A stretch of 64,000 nucleotides of DNA from an uncultured Methanosarcinales archaeon (GTDB lineage: Archaea; Nanobdellota; Nanobdellia; Woesearchaeales; GW2011-AR9): assembly GCA_964510085.1 (NCBI GenBank), contig CAZEAB010000004.1, positions 9,284-73,283 of the forward strand. The letters run 5' to 3'. Positions 60,847 to 64,000 of the stretch are shown here, piece by piece. The notes under the pieces were generated by a model. It did no database searches. It was not told the DNA's origin and worked only from the letters and a program-made list of their open reading frames with translations. Position 1 is the first letter of the stretch. Every line of letters starts with the position of its first letter. The translations under genes were made by a program, and so were the position numbers.

Positions 60847-63141
60847 TTATTGTTTCCTCACTTCTCTTTCCAACCAATCCTTATACTCAAAGAAAATTTG
60901 CTCAGAATCTAACGTCCCAGTTTTATCCTTAACCTTATCAGATATTAAATGAAATTTATCATTTGCTTTTACTATAAACTCTGCTTCCAACAATTCTGGC
61001 TTCTCTAACTCTTCAGCTAAATCCGTAACAGCTTGCTTACACCTTGCACGTAACTCAATATTCTGCCATACTGCATCCCAATCACCAGCAAATTCTTTAA
61101 TACGGCCAGCCATTCTCTTTATAATCATAGAATTACCATTACGTAAATCATCAGTAATCTCTAACTGATCCGTTTCTGCATTATACACCATCAAATCAAC
61201 AAACGCCTTCTCAGCAAGAGGATCGTTCTCCCACTGCTTACGAACTTCTGTAACACGCAACACTCGTTTATATTTCTTCAAACCAGATAATACAGGATTC
61301 GTCACAACAATAATGTCAATCGCTTTAAACGACGTCTTAGGAACGCCAATATCATTTACAACCCTATCATAGACCCCATATGGAGAATCAGCGTGAATCG
61401 TTCCCGCAACAACATTCGCAGCAGCACCAACACGCATTGCTTCAAATAATGCAACAGCTTCCTTACTTCTAACTTCACCAACAAAAATCGCAGAATCTCC
61501 TAATCGAAGAGTGGAACGAATGCCAATAGAAGGATCAACTTCCGAACCACCTTCAGAAGCAAGAGCAGAAGCAACTTTTAACGGTTCTAAATTATATCCT
61601 AACTGCCGTAATGATCCCTGAGGAAGTTCAAAAGTATCTTCAATAGTAATAATTCGTGATTTCCGTGGGATCTCAACAAGAAAACTTCCTAACAAAGAAG
61701 ATTTCCCACTAGACCTTGTTCCTGCAATTAACATCGTTGCATTATTATCAATAAGAAAACTTAACAAACCAGCCCCCATTGAATTCAAATAATTAATCTT
61801 CTTCTGCAAGTATAACGGAAACGTCCAAGGATGATCTCTGTGACGTCTAAAAGAAAACGCTAGCCCCTTAGGACTTAACGGAGCACCTATAGCAGAAACC
61901 CTTGCACCAAAATCAGCAACAACTAACTCTGTATCAAGAATAGGATTCGCTTCATCCAAAGGTCTGCCAGAAATTAACCGTAACTTCGTAGCCCAACTAT
62001 CTACTTCAGCATGAGTTGGATAAATATTAGTATAACAATCACCATAATCTTGATGAACTATAAAAATTGGAAGAGTTCCATTTGGTGCGTTAATATTAAC
62101 ATCCTGCACTTTTGGATCTGCTAGTAACAGCTCAATCAACCCAAATCCAACAGTATACCGTAACAACGCTCTTGCCAATTGCTCAACTTTCTCAACAGAC
62201 ATATGCTTTTTCTGATGTTGTGTTAAATCCGTAATTAAATCCTTGCCAATATTAAAAAACACTTCCCTCATACGTTGAGGGTCAATAAACTCTTCCCTCG
62301 TTGGCTTATGCTCGGACATAATACGCTTTGCGTCATCTAACAACTGATATGATTCTTCATCAAACTGAAATTCAGGAGGAGAAAGATGATACATAATCTT
62401 AATATTATCATCAAACGTAAAAATATTAACCTCAGACTCATCACCACTCGCCTTAAAACGATAACTCTCAGCAAAATTTCCTTCGGGAAACTGTGAAACT
62501 AACTTAGTATACATAAAATCCGGTCGAGTTGTTGGATTAAATGCAATACCATAAATTTGTCTGTTATGTAACTCATAATCATGCGTATGAGGCATCAATA
62601 ACTGAATAAGTTTAGTAGAACCAATCTTCTGCACTGCATCTACAAGAATCTGTACAAATTTATGTTGACTTTCCTTATGCCTTGCATCCGTAACTAACTC
62701 TAATTTCTTTTTCTCATCTCTCTCTAACCGCTTTAACTTAACAAACGCAGCAAGAGGGTCTTCCTTCAACACCTTATGAATTAACTGTTGAAACCTTGCA
62801 TAACTACCCCTAACATACCTCTCATGTTGAGGATCTGCAACAATATGAGAATACGCAAACCTCTCATCAACATTAAGTTTCTTGTAAATAAACGCAAGTT
62901 CATTCAGAATATGCGTTTGAGTGTAATCATACTCATACTCTCTAAGTTGCGTAATAGTAACAATAGTAACACCGCTATTTTGTACAAGAAGTTCAATAAC
63001 TTTCCCCATACATGTAGCACTATACTCAACAGAAGGAGGGAAATTACAATTACTAGCATCTATTCTGAGAATCTTATTCTCACCTTCATGAACTGTTTCT
63101 GAAACAAAACACTTCTTTTTACTAACCTCTTTATCTGCCAT
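60847..63141 (-). CDS. type IV pilus/archaellum-type secretion ATPase (FlaI/PilB/VirB11 superfamily) with long N-terminal extension
   Basis: Walker A AGTRSSGKSSLLGS, Asp-box/Walker B RIITIEDTFEL, and His-box VVAGTIHADS. 764 aa. Confidence 0.75.
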   Translation of the reverse strand: MADKEVSKKKCFVSETVHEGENKILRIDASNCNFPPSVEYSATCMGKVIELLVQNSGVTIVTITQLREYEYDYTQTHILNELAFIYKKLNVDERFAYSHIVADPQHERYVRGSYARFQQLIHKVLKEDPLAAFVKLKRLERDEKKKLELVTDARHKESQHKFVQILVDAVQKIGSTKLIQLLMPHTHDYELHNRQIYGIAFNPTTRPDFMYTKLVSQFPEGNFAESYRFKASGDESEVNIFTFDDNIKIMYHLSPPEFQFDEESYQLLDDAKRIMSEHKPTREEFIDPQRMREVFFNIGKDLITDLTQHQKKHMSVEKVEQLARALLRYTVGFGLIELLLADPKVQDVNINAPNGTLPIFIVHQDYGDCYTNIYPTHAEVDSWATKLRLISGRPLDEANPILDTELVVADFGARVSAIGAPLSPKGLAFSFRRHRDHPWTFPLYLQKKINYLNSMGAGLLSFLIDNNATMLIAGTRSSGKSSLLGSFLVEIPRKSRIITIEDTFELPQGSLRQLGYNLEPLKVASALASEGGSEVDPSIGIRSTLRLGDSAIFVGEVRSKEAVALFEAMRVGAAANVVAGTIHADSPYGVYDRVVNDIGVPKTSFKAIDIIVVTNPVLSGLKKYKRVLRVTEVRKQWENDPLAEKAFVDLMVYNAETDQLEITDDLRNGNSMIIKRMAGRIKEFAGDWDAVWQNIELRARCKQAVTDLAEELEKPELLEAEFIVKANDKFHLISDKVKDKTGTLDSEQIFFEYKDWLEREVRKQ

Positions 63142-63232
63142 TAACTTACTATGGTTGTATCTCTGGGTTTATTATATTTTCTGTCTTTTACGTTTAATAA
63201 TATATATATACTTACTTTATTTACTAAAAGAC

Positions 63233-63475
63233 ATGCCAAAACAACAGTACAAAAGAATTAATTTACCAGGATACCAAGGAGAATTTTATGATATGGGACC
63301 ATTACCAGAATTAGTTGGTGATACACGTACCATGGTGGTAACTTCTACTGGAGCAGAACTTGTCGGACCAAAACCTCCAGGACAACATTATCACCAAGTT
63401 GGTGTGATGCAAGATGGTAAAATAATGCCTGTTAATAGTTTCTTATACACTCCTCAAGGCAATACCACTCAATAA
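63233..63475 (+). CDS. hypothetical small protein
   Basis: The start is probably ATG 63233 (MPKQQYKR...), about 25 nt downstream of AATAATATATATATAC. The ORF-track N-terminal extension looks spurious. Confidence 0.4.
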   Translation: MPKQQYKRINLPGYQGEFYDMGPLPELVGDTRTMVVTSTGAELVGPKPPGQHYHQVGVMQDGKIMPVNSFLYTPQGNTTQ

Positions 63476-63538
63476 AAAGTATTTATTATATTTTCTGTAA
63501 TTGGAATGATTTATATAACAGAACTCTTTCCTTAAACT

Positions 63539-64000
63539 ATGAACAAAAGAGGACAATTAGCCATCTTTATGATAGTGGGAGTGCTTTTAGTAGGTCTTTT
63601 TCTCCTCATATTCTTTTTAGTCTCTACAAATAAAGAAGTAAAACAACCTCAAGAGGTGTATAGCGGAAATTCAATCCAAAGTTATGTTCAATCTTGTATA
63701 GAAAGTACTGCCAAAGCCGCTATAACTCATACAGGAAAGCAAGGGGGGTATTATAAACTTCCATTACTTGAAGAGTATAACACTCCATATTATTTCTATG
63801 ATAAAAAAAGTACTATAATAACTAAAGAAGAGATAGAAAAAGAATTATCCTCATATATTAATAACGAACTATTCTTTTGTTTACAAAATTTTCAAGTATT
63901 TAAAGACCAAGGAATAAAAATCACATCTCAAGAAGTTAGCACCACTACCCTATTAAAACCAGATAGTGTTATGTTTGACATCACATTTCCAGTAAGTTTT
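63539..64000 (+). CDS. pilin-like (class III signal) protein, paralog of ORF 2305; 3' end outside the window
   Basis: My translation is MNKRG|QLAIFMIVGVLLVGLFLLIFFLVS..., then SCIES...GKQGGYYKL...YINNELFFCLQNF, aligning with ORF 2305. TATA-like TTTATATAAC lies about 25 nt upstream. The frame is open to the window end. Confidence 0.6.
   Translation, partial: MNKRGQLAIFMIVGVLLVGLFLLIFFLVSTNKEVKQPQEVYSGNSIQSYVQSCIESTAKAAITHTGKQGGYYKLPLLEEYNTPYYFYDKKSTIITKEEIEKELSSYINNELFFCLQNFQVFKDQGIKITSQEVSTTTLLKPDSVMFDITFPVSF

Overview
This is an AT-rich, gene-dense archaeal segment with about 60 protein genes and 3 tRNA genes. I saw no rRNA, CRISPR array, transposase or integrase. Archaeal hallmarks are ribosomal protein L10e/uL16, a NOG1-type GTPase, a Hel308/Ski2-type helicase fragment, TrmB and ArsR regulators, and a FlaI/PilB-like ATPase. 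TATA boxes sit about 20-35 nt upstream of many start codons, so most genes look leaderless, and all three tRNAs contain introns. Giant surface proteins, peptidoglycan hydrolase domains, sparse metabolism and multi-intron tRNAs together suggest a DPANN-type, probably episymbiotic, archaeon; that assignment is inference only.

Layout:
- 2.3-13.7 kb: a translationally coupled four-gene surface module (details in leads).
- 14.7-18.1 kb: two cadherin-like repeat adhesins.
- 18.1-24.2 kb: housekeeping and membrane genes.
- 24.3-31.3 kb: an ArsR gene coupled to a 2222-aa LamG/Ig-repeat surface protein.
- 31-44 kb: mixed small genes.
- 45-51.9 kb: a glycogen island (GH15, glycogen synthase, GH57, glucokinase).
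- 51.9-56.2 kb: sufB-sufS-sufU-sufC-DUF59 followed by an HTH gene.
- 56-64 kb: hypothetical genes, TrmB, DHH-like phosphoesterase, radical SAM, pilus-type ATPase and a second pilin-like gene running off the window.

Most interesting leads:
1. The surface module at 2305-13707: pilin-like protein, 1819-aa Cys-rich giant, small TM protein, and a secreted lectin + SGNH + GH25 + amidase_2 murein hydrolase. It may be a host-cell-wall attack or attachment apparatus.
2. A recurrent structured motif in at least five copies, with invariant loops and compensatory stems. Three copies sit at a fixed distance upstream of glycogen genes. I cannot match it to any RNA family I know.
3. All three tRNAs carry non-canonical introns: Phe has three, Ile has two, and Leu has a D-loop intron with C/D-box-like motifs.
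4. A stand-alone C-terminal Hel308 fragment, which may be a split gene.
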